Source of the DNA: an uncultured Verrucomicrobiae bacterium
GTDB taxonomy: Bacteria > Verrucomicrobiota > Verrucomicrobiia > Palsa-1439
Assembly (NCBI GenBank): GCA_963812605.1
Contig: CAWEWF010000011.1
Location: forward strand, 9,708 to 73,707
Direction of reading: 5' to 3'
Length of the DNA stretch: 64,000 nucleotides
Positions 18,721 through 32,900 of the stretch are shown piece by piece (positions within the stretch are counted from its first letter, which is position 1; each line of letters starts with the position of its first letter). Both the position numbers and the translations under genes were made by a program. The notes under the pieces were generated by a model. It made no database searches and was not told where the DNA came from. It saw nothing but the letters and a program-made list of their open reading frames with translations.

Positions 18721-19826
18721 TCATATCTTTTCACGAACCCAATTCCACGCCCGGGTATACCAAGGGGGCGGTGGCTCGGGCGGTGGCGGGCGGTGGGGGA
18801 GGCGGTTTGCTTTGGTGAGTAGTCTTTCGCCGGACCATTTGGGGCCGTGCCAGGTTTGCCCTGTGCGGTTGTTTCCGATAACTGTGCGAGCGCCACCTTC
18901 GATTCCTGCTCGCGCTGCGGGATCTGAGATTGAATATCCTTAATCTTCGCATCCATGGATCCTAACGTCCCTTGCCCCTGACTAATCTGCTGCTGGTAGA
19001 ACGTTATATCGCTCTGTAACTGGGCCTTTTCAGGATTGGGAACCGGACCCTGACCCATTGTTACTTGCTCCTGCTGCGGGGTAGTAACACCTGCCGTCAG
19101 GCGACCTGCCAAATCGCGACGGCCGCCACCCGAGCTCACGGTCGCGCCATAGGTAGATCCTCCGATGGTGTCGGGAACAGTTGGAAGTTGCGCCTGCGCT
19201 GCCGCCAGTTTCGCTTGCGTTGTGGTAATGGTGGCGCTGAGTTGGGCCCGCTGCACTTGAAGGTTGGTAAGCTGGCTCTTGAGGGATTGCAAGGCCGTCT
19301 GCGCTGTTTGAACTTCCGCCTGCTTCTGCGCGCGTTCCGCCTGGACCTTCTTTTCTTCCGGGGTCATCCACGTGTCCGCAAACTTGACCTTCCCGCTGGC
19401 CACGTTCGTTGCCTCCGCTCGCCAATCCACGAGGCGCTTGTCGATCTCCGCGGCCTCGGCGGAGTTCGTAAACTTTGCCTGGAACTTTTCGAAAGCGGCA
19501 ATCCCGACCGCATATTGATCTTTCGTCAACTCCTGGTTCGGATTGAGCGTGAATTTCGCCAGGGAGGCGTACGCCGCCTTCTCCTGCTTTTGCTCCAGGG
19601 TCTCGCGCGCAATGGACTGGATGTCGGACGTGTCCACCTGTCGCTTGGAGAAGATCGTGCCATGGTAAAGCGACACCTCGATTTCGATTTGCGTCTCCGT
19701 TTCCGAGAGGATTTGTCCTTCCAGCACTTCGCCGGATTTCAAAGTCAAGGTGTCGGCCTTGAGGGATGCCGACAGGCCAAGAAAAAGCAGGCCGGCAAAT
19801 ATCCAGAGCCGACGCTTGGGGGACAT
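18721..19826 (-). CDS. Exported coiled-coil hypothetical protein; probable indels near the 3' end
   Basis: Signal peptide, then 'ADTLTLKSGEVLEGQI'; likely natural end PEPPPPWYTRAWNWVREKI* in another frame. Confidence 0.7.
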
Positions 19827-20094
19827 CCCGCCCTTTTGTGCATTCTCACGTGTTCCCGGTATGGGCATTCGTTACTCCGCCGGTGTACGAATCCTGCTGC
19901 CGACCTTTGTGAAACGGAATTTTAGCAGCGCGGCTCCACCATCGCAAGGGGATTCGATTGTGATCTCGATTCGAGATGAAACATTGTCCGCTGAAATGAA
20001 AACAATCTTTATCGCGCCATCGATTCAAGTAAAATATTTTCCGTTACGAAACAAAAGAACTTGCGCCGGGAAATGCGCTCGCTAGAATCGCGAC

Positions 20095-20252
20095 TCAGTT
20101 CACCGAGGAGGAAGGGAATTTTGGAGGCGAGCGATACCACGGTGACAGCAGGTTCCCGGTAGGACGGCGGCCGTTCAGCTTTTGCTTCGACGGCTAAAAT
20201 CCACCGCAAATCTGCCCAAGACCGAAGGTGTGCTGCGGGAAATTGCCCGCAT
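20095..20252 (+). ncRNA. Candidate structured small RNA (possibly 6S-like)
   Basis: Upstream TTGCGC-16-TAGAAT; 5' CAGTTCACC can pair with 3' GGTGTGCTG; internal hairpin GCCGT..ACGGC; no convincing ORF. Confidence 0.3.
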
Positions 20253-20285
20253 TTGAAAAAATATTGAGCCGGGCGTACTTTTGAC

Positions 20286-20337
20286 TTGAAACACAACATA
20301 TGGGGTCATATAGTGCCGCCCGCACTATTAGCAGTGG
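20286..20337 (+). promoter_or_regulatory. sigma70 promoter of nrdJ with overlapping NrdR box(es)
   Basis: TTGAAA(20286)-17 bp-TATAGT(20309); ACACAACATATGGGGT at 20291-20306 resembles the NrdR consensus; a weaker box starts at 20322. Confidence 0.65.
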
Positions 20338-20398
20338 TTGCAAGCAAGACGTAGATCGCTGCTAATCGTCAACTGGCAGGCTTTTAAGGAGGGGGAAC

Positions 20399-23300
20399 GT
20401 GATCAACTTGAAGCAGAGTGTGGGGGAACTTTCCGCGGCCAAGGTTAAACTGGCCCGCAAGGACCCGGACATGGATATGCCGGGTTCAGCCGACACCAAC
20501 AAACGCGCCAAACGCGGCGCCCAAACGCACGAGCCCCGGAAAAACGGAGCGGTTGTGGCGCGGGTGTTTAGTCGTGCCGACGTGAAGCCGTTCGACGAGA
20601 TCGAATGGGAGCGGCGCACGGCGGAAATCACGGACGACGCGGGACGCATCATCTTTAAGCAGGAGAATGTGGAAGTCCCGAAGAGTTGGTCGATCCTGGC
20701 CACGAAAGTCGTCGTCTCCAAATACTTCTACGGCGAGAACGGTACCGCCTCCCGCGAGCACAGTGTTCGTCAGCTTATTCACCGCGTCACGCGCACGATT
20801 GCCGATTGGGGCAAACGGGATGGCTATTTTGCCAGCGAAAAGGACGCCGAGACCTTTTATGACGAGCTGACCTGGCTCTGCGTCAACCAACATGGTTCGT
20901 TCAATTCGCCCGTCTGGTTCAACTGCGGTCTCTTCTCCCAGTATGGCGTGGGCAAACACAGCGGCGCGGGGAATTTCTACTACGATGCGGACACCCGGGC
21001 CGTCAAACGCGCCTCGACGCAATACGAATATCCGCAGTGCTCGGCCTGCTTCATCCAATCCATCGGCGATACGATGGAAGACATCATGGAGCTCGCCCGC
21101 AGCGAGGCGATGTTGTTCAAGTATGGCAGCGGCACGGGCACGGACCTTTCGTCGCTGCGCAGTTCCCGCGAAAAACTTTCCGGCGGCGGCCGCCCCAGCG
21201 GCCCGCTCTCGTTCCTCAAGGTTTATGACGCCATCGCCAGCGTCGTGAAGTCGGGCGGCAAGACGCGCCGCGCCGCGAAAATGAACACCTTGAAAGTCTG
21301 GCATCCGGACATCAAGGACTTCATCGAGGCCAAGCCGAAGGAAGAACGCAAGGCCTGGGCCCTCATCGAGCAGGGATACGCGGGGGATTTCAACGGCGAC
21401 GCCTACGGTTCCGTCTCTTTCCAGAATGAAAACCTCAGCGTGCGCGTGACCGATGAGTTCATGCGCGCCGTGCTCGACGACAAGGATTGGACGACCCATT
21501 GGGTCACGAATCCGAACAGGCCCGGACCGACCTACAAGGCGCGCGAGTTGATGCGTGGCATCGCGGAAGGGACGTGGATTTGCGGCGATCCCGGCATGCA
21601 GTACGAGGACACGATCCAGCGCTGGCACACCTGCAAAAACACCGCCCCGATCAACTCGAGCAACCCGTGCAGCGAGTATATGTTCCTCGATAATAGCGCC
21701 TGCAATCTCGCGTCGCTGAACCTGATGAAGTTCGTGCGCGCGGACGGCGTGTTCGATGTCGAGCGCTTCAAGGCGGCCGTGGAAATCTTCATCACCGCCC
21801 AGGAGATTCTCGTCGATAACGCGAGTTATCCCACGGAAATGATCGGGCTGAACAGTCATTTGTACCGCCCGCTCGGCCTCGGCTTCGCCAATCTCGGTTC
21901 GCTGAGCATGTCGATGGGCCTGCCCTACGACAGCGATGAGGGCCGCGGGCTGGCCGGCGCGATCACCGCCATCATGCACCTGCACGCCTACACGCAGTCG
22001 GCGCACATCGCCGAGAAACTCGGCGCGTTCGAGGGCTTTGCCAAAAACCGCGAACCGATGTTGGAAGTCATGGAAATGCACCGCGACGCGGTGAAACGCA
22101 TCCACCCGAGTTGCCCGGATTACCTGCGCAACGCGGCGCAGCGTTGCGGCGATGAAGCCGTGGAACTGGGCCGGCGTTTTGGCTACCGCAACTCGCAGGT
22201 CACCGTCCTCGCGCCGACGGGCACCATCGCGTTCATGATGGATTGTGACACGACGGGCGTCGAGCCGGACATCGCGCTCGTGAAGTACAAGCTGCTGGCG
22301 GGCGGCGGCATGTTGAAGATTGTCAATCGCACGGTGCCGATGGCGTTGAAGAAACTTGGCTATACCGATTCGCAGATCACCGAGATCGTGAAGTACATCG
22401 ACGAGAAGGACATGATTGAGGGTGCGCCGCACCTCCAGGAAAAACATCTCACGGTGTTCGATTGCGCGTTCAAGCCCGCGAAAGGCCGGCGCAGCATCCA
22501 CTATATGGCGCACCTCAAGATGATGGCCGCCGCGCAGCCGTTCCTCAGCGGGGCGATTTCCAAAACGGTGAATATGCCGCAGGAGTCCACCGTGGAAGAG
22601 ATCATGCACAGTTACGCCGAGGGCTGGAAACTCGGGTTGAAGGCCGTGGCGATCTATCGCGACGGTTCGAAACGCTCGCAGCCGCTCAACACCTCCCGCG
22701 GCAGCGGCGACACACCCGCCGAAAAGGCCGCGAAGGAAGCGGATTGCTTCAAGTCGCGCATTGGCGAACTCGAAGAGGAAGTCGCGAGCTTGCGCGCCCG
22801 TCTGGGCGCCCCCGCGCGGCATCGCCTGCCAGACACGCGCCAGGCCGTGACCCATAAATTCGATATCGCCGGCCACGAAGGTTACATCACCGTGGGCCTG
22901 TTCGACGATGGCGTGCCGGGCGAACTGTTCATCACCATGGCGAAGGAAGGTTCGACCATTGGCGGCTTGATGGACACGATCGGGACACTCGTCAGCCTCG
23001 CGCTGCAATACGGCGTGCCGCTGGAAACGCTGGTGAAGAAATTCGCGCATCAGCGTTTCGAACCGAGCGGCTTTACCAAGAATCCCGATATCCCGATTGC
23101 GAAGTCGATCAGCGATTACCTGTTCCGCTGGCTGGGTTGCCAGTTTATCCCCGGCTACCGCGAGGCCAATTCCCCCAATCCCGGGCAGCCCGAGCTGCCG
23201 CTCAGGGAAGACGCCGAGCAGGAAAAAAAATTCGTCAATAAACCCGTCCAGGACCTGGAACAGACGGAAGAACCACCGGCGCGCCCGACCGGTCTTTCCG

Positions 23301-23437
23301 CCGTCCAGCAACTGAGCCGAACGGTCCAGCATTTCATGCAGGATGCGCCCGCCTGCGATACCTGCGGCGCGATCACCGTGCGCAATGGCGCCTGCTACAA
23401 ATGCCTCAACTGCGGTAATTCCATGGGGTGCTCCTAG
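20399..23437 (+). CDS. nrdJ: Class II (adenosylcobalamin-dependent) ribonucleotide reductase
   Basis: 'FNSPVWFN', 'SACFI', 'NPCSE', 'APTGTI' and 'AISKTVN' motifs; C-terminal CxxC...CxNCG..GCS. Confidence 0.95.
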   Translation: MINLKQSVGELSAAKVKLARKDPDMDMPGSADTNKRAKRGAQTHEPRKNGAVVARVFSRADVKPFDEIEWERRTAEITDDAGRIIFKQENVEVPKSWSILATKVVVSKYFYGENGTASREHSVRQLIHRVTRTIADWGKRDGYFASEKDAETFYDELTWLCVNQHGSFNSPVWFNCGLFSQYGVGKHSGAGNFYYDADTRAVKRASTQYEYPQCSACFIQSIGDTMEDIMELARSEAMLFKYGSGTGTDLSSLRSSREKLSGGGRPSGPLSFLKVYDAIASVVKSGGKTRRAAKMNTLKVWHPDIKDFIEAKPKEERKAWALIEQGYAGDFNGDAYGSVSFQNENLSVRVTDEFMRAVLDDKDWTTHWVTNPNRPGPTYKARELMRGIAEGTWICGDPGMQYEDTIQRWHTCKNTAPINSSNPCSEYMFLDNSACNLASLNLMKFVRADGVFDVERFKAAVEIFITAQEILVDNASYPTEMIGLNSHLYRPLGLGFANLGSLSMSMGLPYDSDEGRGLAGAITAIMHLHAYTQSAHIAEKLGAFEGFAKNREPMLEVMEMHRDAVKRIHPSCPDYLRNAAQRCGDEAVELGRRFGYRNSQVTVLAPTGTIAFMMDCDTTGVEPDIALVKYKLLAGGGMLKIVNRTVPMALKKLGYTDSQITEIVKYIDEKDMIEGAPHLQEKHLTVFDCAFKPAKGRRSIHYMAHLKMMAAAQPFLSGAISKTVNMPQESTVEEIMHSYAEGWKLGLKAVAIYRDGSKRSQPLNTSRGSGDTPAEKAAKEADCFKSRIGELEEEVASLRARLGAPARHRLPDTRQAVTHKFDIAGHEGYITVGLFDDGVPGELFITMAKEGSTIGGLMDTIGTLVSLALQYGVPLETLVKKFAHQRFEPSGFTKNPDIPIAKSISDYLFRWLGCQFIPGYREANSPNPGQPELPLREDAEQEKKFVNKPVQDLEQTEEPPARPTGLSAVQQLSRTVQHFMQDAPACDTCGAITVRNGACYKCLNCGNSMGCS

Positions 23438-23461
23438 GGTACGGAGCAAGTCGCAAACAGG

Positions 23462-23490
23462 AAGCCCCGGGAGTTAACCCGGGGCTTTTT
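23462..23490 (+). terminator. Rho-independent terminator after nrdJ
   Basis: AAGCCCCGGG-agttaa-CCCGGGGCTT followed by a T run. Confidence 0.85.
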
Positions 23491-23598
23491 GTTTGTAGCC
23501 GCGAAACGCTTTCGCGGCGGGTACTACGGGGCTTGACCTTCGTGCCCACAAGCGCTTAAATAGATGACCCTTACAACAGACAATTCAGGAGACACATT

Positions 23599-23916
23599 AT
23601 GGCAGCACCATCAGCACCCAAAGCAGGCACCACGAACGCGCGCCCGAAGGCGAAGGACGATAAAGGCGGTAAAAAAGAGGCGAAGGTCGTTTACCCGAGC
23701 GAATTCGGCTCGCACACGAGCATGGCGAATGAGGAATTGACCGGCAAGATCGCCGCGGCCAAGCAGGACGCGACGGATGCCTGGGTAATTCTTGCCGACG
23801 AACGCGGGCCCTACGCCACGCGCAAATCGCGGCTCGATACCGGCCTGGCCGACCCGAACCGCTTCGTGGACCAGCCCGCCCGCGACCAGTTCGTCAAAGA
23901 CCTGTCCGCGGCGTAA
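23599..23916 (+). CDS. Hypothetical protein
   Basis: AGGAG RBS; host-like codon usage; 'LADERGPYATRKSRLDTGLADPNR'. Confidence 0.75.
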   Translation: MAAPSAPKAGTTNARPKAKDDKGGKKEAKVVYPSEFGSHTSMANEELTGKIAAAKQDATDAWVILADERGPYATRKSRLDTGLADPNRFVDQPARDQFVKDLSAA

Positions 23917-24024
23917 CACAAGATCGGACTTTCCGAGCGTCAGGGTCTTGTGGCCCTGGCGCTCTTGCCGTTTATGCGGGGCGCTTGCCCTGTAATGCCG
24001 AGAATGGTATTTCCTAGTGACGCT

Positions 24025-25902
<1,878 letters not shown>

Positions 25903-25903
25903 A

Positions 25904-26467
25904 TTGCCGGAATCACAACCAATCATTTACTTGATTGCTGGCTGCAATGGCGCGGGCAAGACCACTTTCGCGAAGTCATTTCTTCCACACGAGGCGAAAT
26001 GCCTGAATTTTCTGAACGCCGATTTGATCGCACAAGGTCTTTCTCCGCTGGATGCTACAGCAGCAACAGTGAAAGCAGGGCGGTTGTTACTCGAGGAATT
26101 CGATTCGTTTATAACGAAACACGAAACGTTTGCTATTGAAAGCACGCTCAGTGGCACGACTTACATTCGGCGTTTGAAACAAGTCAAACGACAAGGCTTC
26201 CGTCTTTACCTCCATTATCTTTGGCTACCCAATTCGTTGATGGCTCTCGCTCGCGTGCGCGAACGCGTGAAGAAGGGCGGCCATAACGTCCCGGAAGCTG
26301 ATGTGCGCAGGCGATTTGGACGAAGTTTGCGACATTTTGTCGATGACTACGTCGCCTTGGCCGACCGCTGGGCTGTATGGGACAATCAGACGAGTCCGCC
26401 GCGACTCTTGGCTGAATCTGAAACTTGCTCCCACGAGCAACTTAAGACTATACTGAGGTTGCCATGA
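25904..26467 (+). CDS. Zeta-toxin-like/AAA_33 P-loop protein
   Basis: 'AGCNGAGKTT', 'NADLIA', 'ESTLSG' and 'RVKKGGHNVPE' motifs; lower GC. Confidence 0.85.
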   Translation: MPESQPIIYLIAGCNGAGKTTFAKSFLPHEAKCLNFLNADLIAQGLSPLDATAATVKAGRLLLEEFDSFITKHETFAIESTLSGTTYIRRLKQVKRQGFRLYLHYLWLPNSLMALARVRERVKKGGHNVPEADVRRRFGRSLRHFVDDYVALADRWAVWDNQTSPPRLLAESETCSHEQLKTILRLP

Positions 26468-26628
26468 AGAGCCGTAATGGACACCGCAAGAAGGACGATT
26501 TCATCGCACCTGCGCGCCGAGCTTTTCAACGCGTCGCGCGACAGCTCCGTGCGGAGAACGCCAAGCTCGGCCTGCCGCTTGTGTTTGGAGACAAGGGGCA
26601 GATACGATTGGTCCGCATCCGGCCCTAA
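26464..26628 (+). CDS. Small basic partner protein (54 aa)
   Basis: ATGA overlap with the zeta-like gene; 'ENAKLGLPLV'. Confidence 0.6.
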   Translation: MKSRNGHRKKDDFIAPARRAFQRVARQLRAENAKLGLPLVFGDKGQIRLVRIRP

Positions 26629-26793
26629 CGGTTAATCCGTCCAACGTGCCTCTGAAATGTTTTTCGGCGACGGCATTCGGATAGAAGATGCCGTTGATTT
26701 GGCGTCCCCAGAGGCTGGGGGCGGCAACTGCAAGAACCGCAACCCAGATGCTTTCTGATGAGCATATTCGGAAATCGCTTCCCGGCGATGGCC

Positions 26794-26818
26794 TGATACA
26801 TGGTAGTACCATGTATCA
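26794..26818. promoter_or_regulatory. Palindromic operator-like site TGATACAT-N9-ATGTATCA
   Basis: Perfect 25-bp palindrome; related copies at 27179-27203 and 27831-27855. Confidence 0.65.
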
Positions 26819-27175
26819 ACGATTCTGTGTGCTGTTGGATGGGCGGTTTAACAGGGCGGTGATCGCTTGAGTGGAGGTGGTCCACTGGTGGCGCAGTTGT
26901 TGGCAGACTCGTCGGCCGCGCGAGGTGAGGCGGTAGTAGCGGCGCTGTCGACCTTCCTTGGGGCCCTGCCATTGGCTCGTCAGCAAGCCCTGCTTCTCCA
27001 GATGGCGAAGGACGGGGTAGATGGTGCCATCTTGCCAGTTCAGGGTGCCTTTGGAGCGGGCGAAGATGCGCTTGCGGATGCCATAGCCGTAGCTCGGCCC
27101 GTCGCGGAGGATGTCCAGGACGATCAAATCGTACGTGCCCGCCGCCAAATTTCTCGCGAACTCATCACGCTTCAT
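26816..27175 (-). CDS. PadR-family transcriptional regulator
   Basis: 'GPSYGYGI', 'GTIYPVLRHLEKQGLL' and 'RRYYRLT' motifs. Confidence 0.92.
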   Translation of the reverse strand: MKRDEFARNLAAGTYDLIVLDILRDGPSYGYGIRKRIFARSKGTLNWQDGTIYPVLRHLEKQGLLTSQWQGPKEGRQRRYYRLTSRGRRVCQQLRHQWTTSTQAITALLNRPSNSTQNR

Positions 27176-27306
27176 AAGAGATGCATGGTAGTGCCATGTA
27201 TCATCCGGGGCAATCGTGCGCGGTCAAGGGCGCAATTCGTTACTGGTCGGTGGTTCATCTCTCCCGAGTAGTGCGGATGGCGGAGGTGGTATCCCTGTCG
27301 GTGAGG

Positions 27307-27669
27307 TCAACGCCTGAGGGCCAGTTGCCCAAATCGAGATTCACTAGATAGCGGCCGGGGCATTCTGGTCATAACAGTCACGTAATGACGGAGGTCTTTG
27401 GTTTCGTCGGGCGCATCTTGAAACGGGTCGCTGCGCGCGAGGGCGATGACATTCCGAGCGGGACAAATCATCAATTCGGGTTCGAATGGCAGTCGCCGGA
27501 GGATTTCCGCGCGCAATTTTGCCTGGCTGACGTTCTGACGGACGACAAATGTTCCCGCCGCGCCCACGTTGACCACTCCGAAATCCCCCAACTGCTTGGC
27601 CAGAACGCCTGGTTGAAACCGCTGGTGACCGCCGACGTTGACGGCCCTAAAAAATACGACCGATGCCAT
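27307..27669 (-). pseudogene. DUF1697-family protein, apparently truncated
   Basis: 'FFRAVNVGGH' and 'GAAGTFV' N-terminal motifs; only 120 aa. Confidence 0.6.
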
Positions 27670-28022
27670 GGAATTCTTCCAACCTTTCGATAAATCAAAT
27701 TGAGGTAAGGGAGAGCCGGTCTCAAGCAAGATCTTCGGCTCGCAGGGATCTCCAACTGTTCATCAAGATCGTTTCTTCACCGTAGTGCTCGGCAGCTTTC
27801 CCACCTTACCCATCGCCACCGCTAATGCCATGATACATATCTAAGATATGCATCATGGCTCAGCAAGCGGATACTGGCCGCAAGTCGATGAGAAGGCGTG
27901 TTCAGTAAGAGGGTGTATTCAAAGAGGAAGCGTGTTCCGGTTGTCCGACAGTCTCAGGCGGCGGCAAGGGCCGACCTGGGGCCGGATGCGGAGAACGCCT
28001 TTACCGGTTGGCCGGCGGAACG

Positions 28023-29973
<1,951 letters not shown>

Positions 29974-29976
29974 CCC

Positions 29977-32900
29977 CTACGGCGTGAGCCGGGCGCGATA
30001 GAACCGTTGCGGAACGGAAACGGCGCCGGGGTCGGTGACCTGGATGATGCCGTTATTCCCGGCGAGATTGTTCGTCACCAGCGTCCAGACGTTGCTCGAC
30101 AGGTTGTCGCAACTTTCCACTTCGTAGGTATTATCGCGAACACTGGTGAAACTCACGAGATAGTCGCTGCCGCTGGCCTGGATCGCTGTGATGCGGAAGA
30201 CCGATGCGGCACTGGTCGGGTCGGTGCCGGCGAGATACTCCTGCAAGTTGTTCATGCCGTCGCCGTCGGGATCGCAGAGGGCACAGGACACACTGTTCGT
30301 ATTGTTGCCAGCGCCGCCGAAATACTGGGCGCGCCACCAATCGGGAATACCATCCCCGACAGAATCTCCCGAGAGCGATTGCACGGTGTAAGCGAAGTTC
30401 GTGTCGATGAAGGTGAACCGATACGTCCCATTGAGAGCGCCGTTAATGAGAATGTTCGTCGACGAATTCGCTTTGCCGGTGCCGGCCAGCGGAACGGTGA
30501 ATTGCGACTGCGACCCGTTGTTCTCGCCCCAGTTCGAAGCCCAGGCGCCGTTGGCGGTGAACTTGAACTGGATATTGGTGAGACCGACGAGGTCGGCGTC
30601 GAATTGCCAGGTGTCATTGGCGATGAGCAGCATGTTGTTCAACGTTTGGTCCCAGCCGTTGAATGTGCCTGCGACGGTCATCGAGGCATACGGGCTGGCC
30701 AACAGCGGCACCACACTATAAGCCAGCGTCTGGTCATTGAACGTGAACCGATAGGTCCCGTTGAACATGCCGTTCACCAAAATATTCGTGGACGAATTCA
30801 GGATGGCCGTGCCGGAGGCCGGGACGGTTTGCGACTGCGTCGTGCCGCCCCAATTCGTGCCCCATCCGCCATTGGCGGCAAACTTGAACTGGAAGTTTGT
30901 GAGACCGCTGAAGCTGGCGTCGTACTGCCAGGTGCGAATGTCGACCAGTTGCATGTTGTTTAACGCCTGGTTCCAGCCGTTGAACGTGCCCGCCGCCGTC
31001 ATGGAACCATAAGGATCGCCCGTGTTCCAATCGACATGAACCGTCTGCAGGCCGGCGGTGTCCGCGATCTTGATCTCCAATTGGCCGGTGGGCGTCATCA
31101 ACCAGCCCGGAGCCGGCGCGTTCGTGTTGGGCAACTGACTGAGCGGTGAACCATTGAGCTTCACGTCCGACACGGTGTCGGGATTGTTCACGTAAATGTT
31201 GTAATTGGTGCGCCCCGGGTTGTACCCGCCCTGGCGCGCGCCAATCGTGAAATCCCAATTGCTCGTGGTGCGCGAGCTGGTGAACGTCGTCGTCGCAAAG
31301 ACGTTGTTCGTGAAATTCCAGCCTTCGCCTTCATCTTCGTAGAGCGTAAAGGAAGAATTGCCGTCCGGCCAACAATTCAGGTCGAGGTAGCCCGGCATGA
31401 ACTGGTTGGCATACTGCATCGAAGGCCCCATCGGGATGATCGCGCCCGAGCACACAAACAAGGGAAGAGTGCCGAGCGGCGCATTGACCGTGACCGTGTT
31501 GCCGCCGCCGTACTTCGTGTTCGTGGGCCAATAATACCAATTGGATGGCCACGGCAGGTACACGCTCCGGGTCGTGGCGCCCTGGGTATAGATGGGCGCC
31601 GCCAGCAGGTAATCACCGCACAGGAAATCGAAGTCATTGAGCGAATAGCTGTTCACGTCCGTATAGTAATCGAACACGGTCGGCGTATTCATCGGCGTGC
31701 CGTTGACGGCCGCATTGCGCATCAGCGTGTACAGATACGGCATCAGCTTGTAGCGAAACTGGATGTTCTTCCGCATAAGACTGCAGTAATCCGTGCCGTC
31801 CGCCGAGGGGCTGTTCTGCCACGGAGTGAACCGCCACGGCTCGCGTCCCTGGTTGCCATCTGGCCAAACGTTGTCGCCTTTTTGCGAGTGGTTCCGATAG
31901 AACGGCAACAGCGCGCCCCACTCGTGCCAGCGGGTCAACAATTCACCCGTGACGCTTCCCGAAAAACCGCCGAGATCGTGGCCGTACGTGGCCTGCCCGG
32001 AAATCATTGTGTTCACGCCCAGTCGAATACAGGCCTGCGCGTAGTACCAATTCGCCACGGTATCGCCGCTCCAGCCGGCCGCGTACTGCTGGACGCCGGG
32101 AAACCCGGAACGCGTCAGCACGAAAGGGCGGCGGTCGGGATATTGGGTGCGAAGGATGTCATAGCTCGAGGAGGCTTCCCGCAGGCTGAAATAATTCCTC
32201 TCGTTTGACCATTGACGGCGCGTGTCCGTGTTGGACGTTCCATAGCGGCCATCCAGCCAGAGGAGCCCGTTGATCGGGATCTGCTGGCTGTCCTCGGGTT
32301 CGCTCAGGTCGTTCCAAATGCCCCCGAACGGGAATGAATTCATCCAGTTCATGACCTTCGCCTTCCAGCGATTCCGAAATGGGGTGCTCGTATAATCGAA
32401 CCATGACACGTTCCCGACAAAAATACCGGCTGTAAACTCCGCGCCCGTATTGTCCTTGATGAAATCGAGGTTGGTGGAGGCGCCGGTGTACAAGGGATCG
32501 CCGGGTTCCAGCCACGGCTCGATCAACGGAATGAGTTTCACCCCGAAGCTCGCGGCATTCGTCGCCATGCCAAACGGGTCCGGATAGTTGGCGGTATTCA
32601 CCGTCAACTGGTCCAGCGGGCCAATGGTGTTGTGCGCCGGGTCCGTGCTGTAATTCATGTAATCGATGTCGAGGTAGATCGCCTCCAGGGGAATGTTGCT
32701 CGCGGTGGCCGTGCTGGCAATGTACTGGACCCAGTTTTGGTCCCAATACGAGTAACGGCCGAGATGATAGCCCATCGCCCATTTCGGCAGCATCGTCGGT
32801 CGCCCGGTCAATTCCGAGTAGCGATCGATCACCGACTTCATCGTGTGGTTGGTGCTGCCGCCGAGAAAGAAGTAGTCCATCTGCCCGTCGCCCGCCTCGA

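Noticed and set aside
20095-20260. Cobalamin riboswitch or SRP RNA
   Set aside because: AAGGGAA and CAGG..GG fragments are present, but the B12 box and the exact SRP loop motif are not.
20486-23449. 987-aa antisense ORF and similar long shadows (e.g. 48129-49844, 43246-44670)
   Set aside because: Expected from high-GC codon bias opposite real genes; no recognisable motifs.
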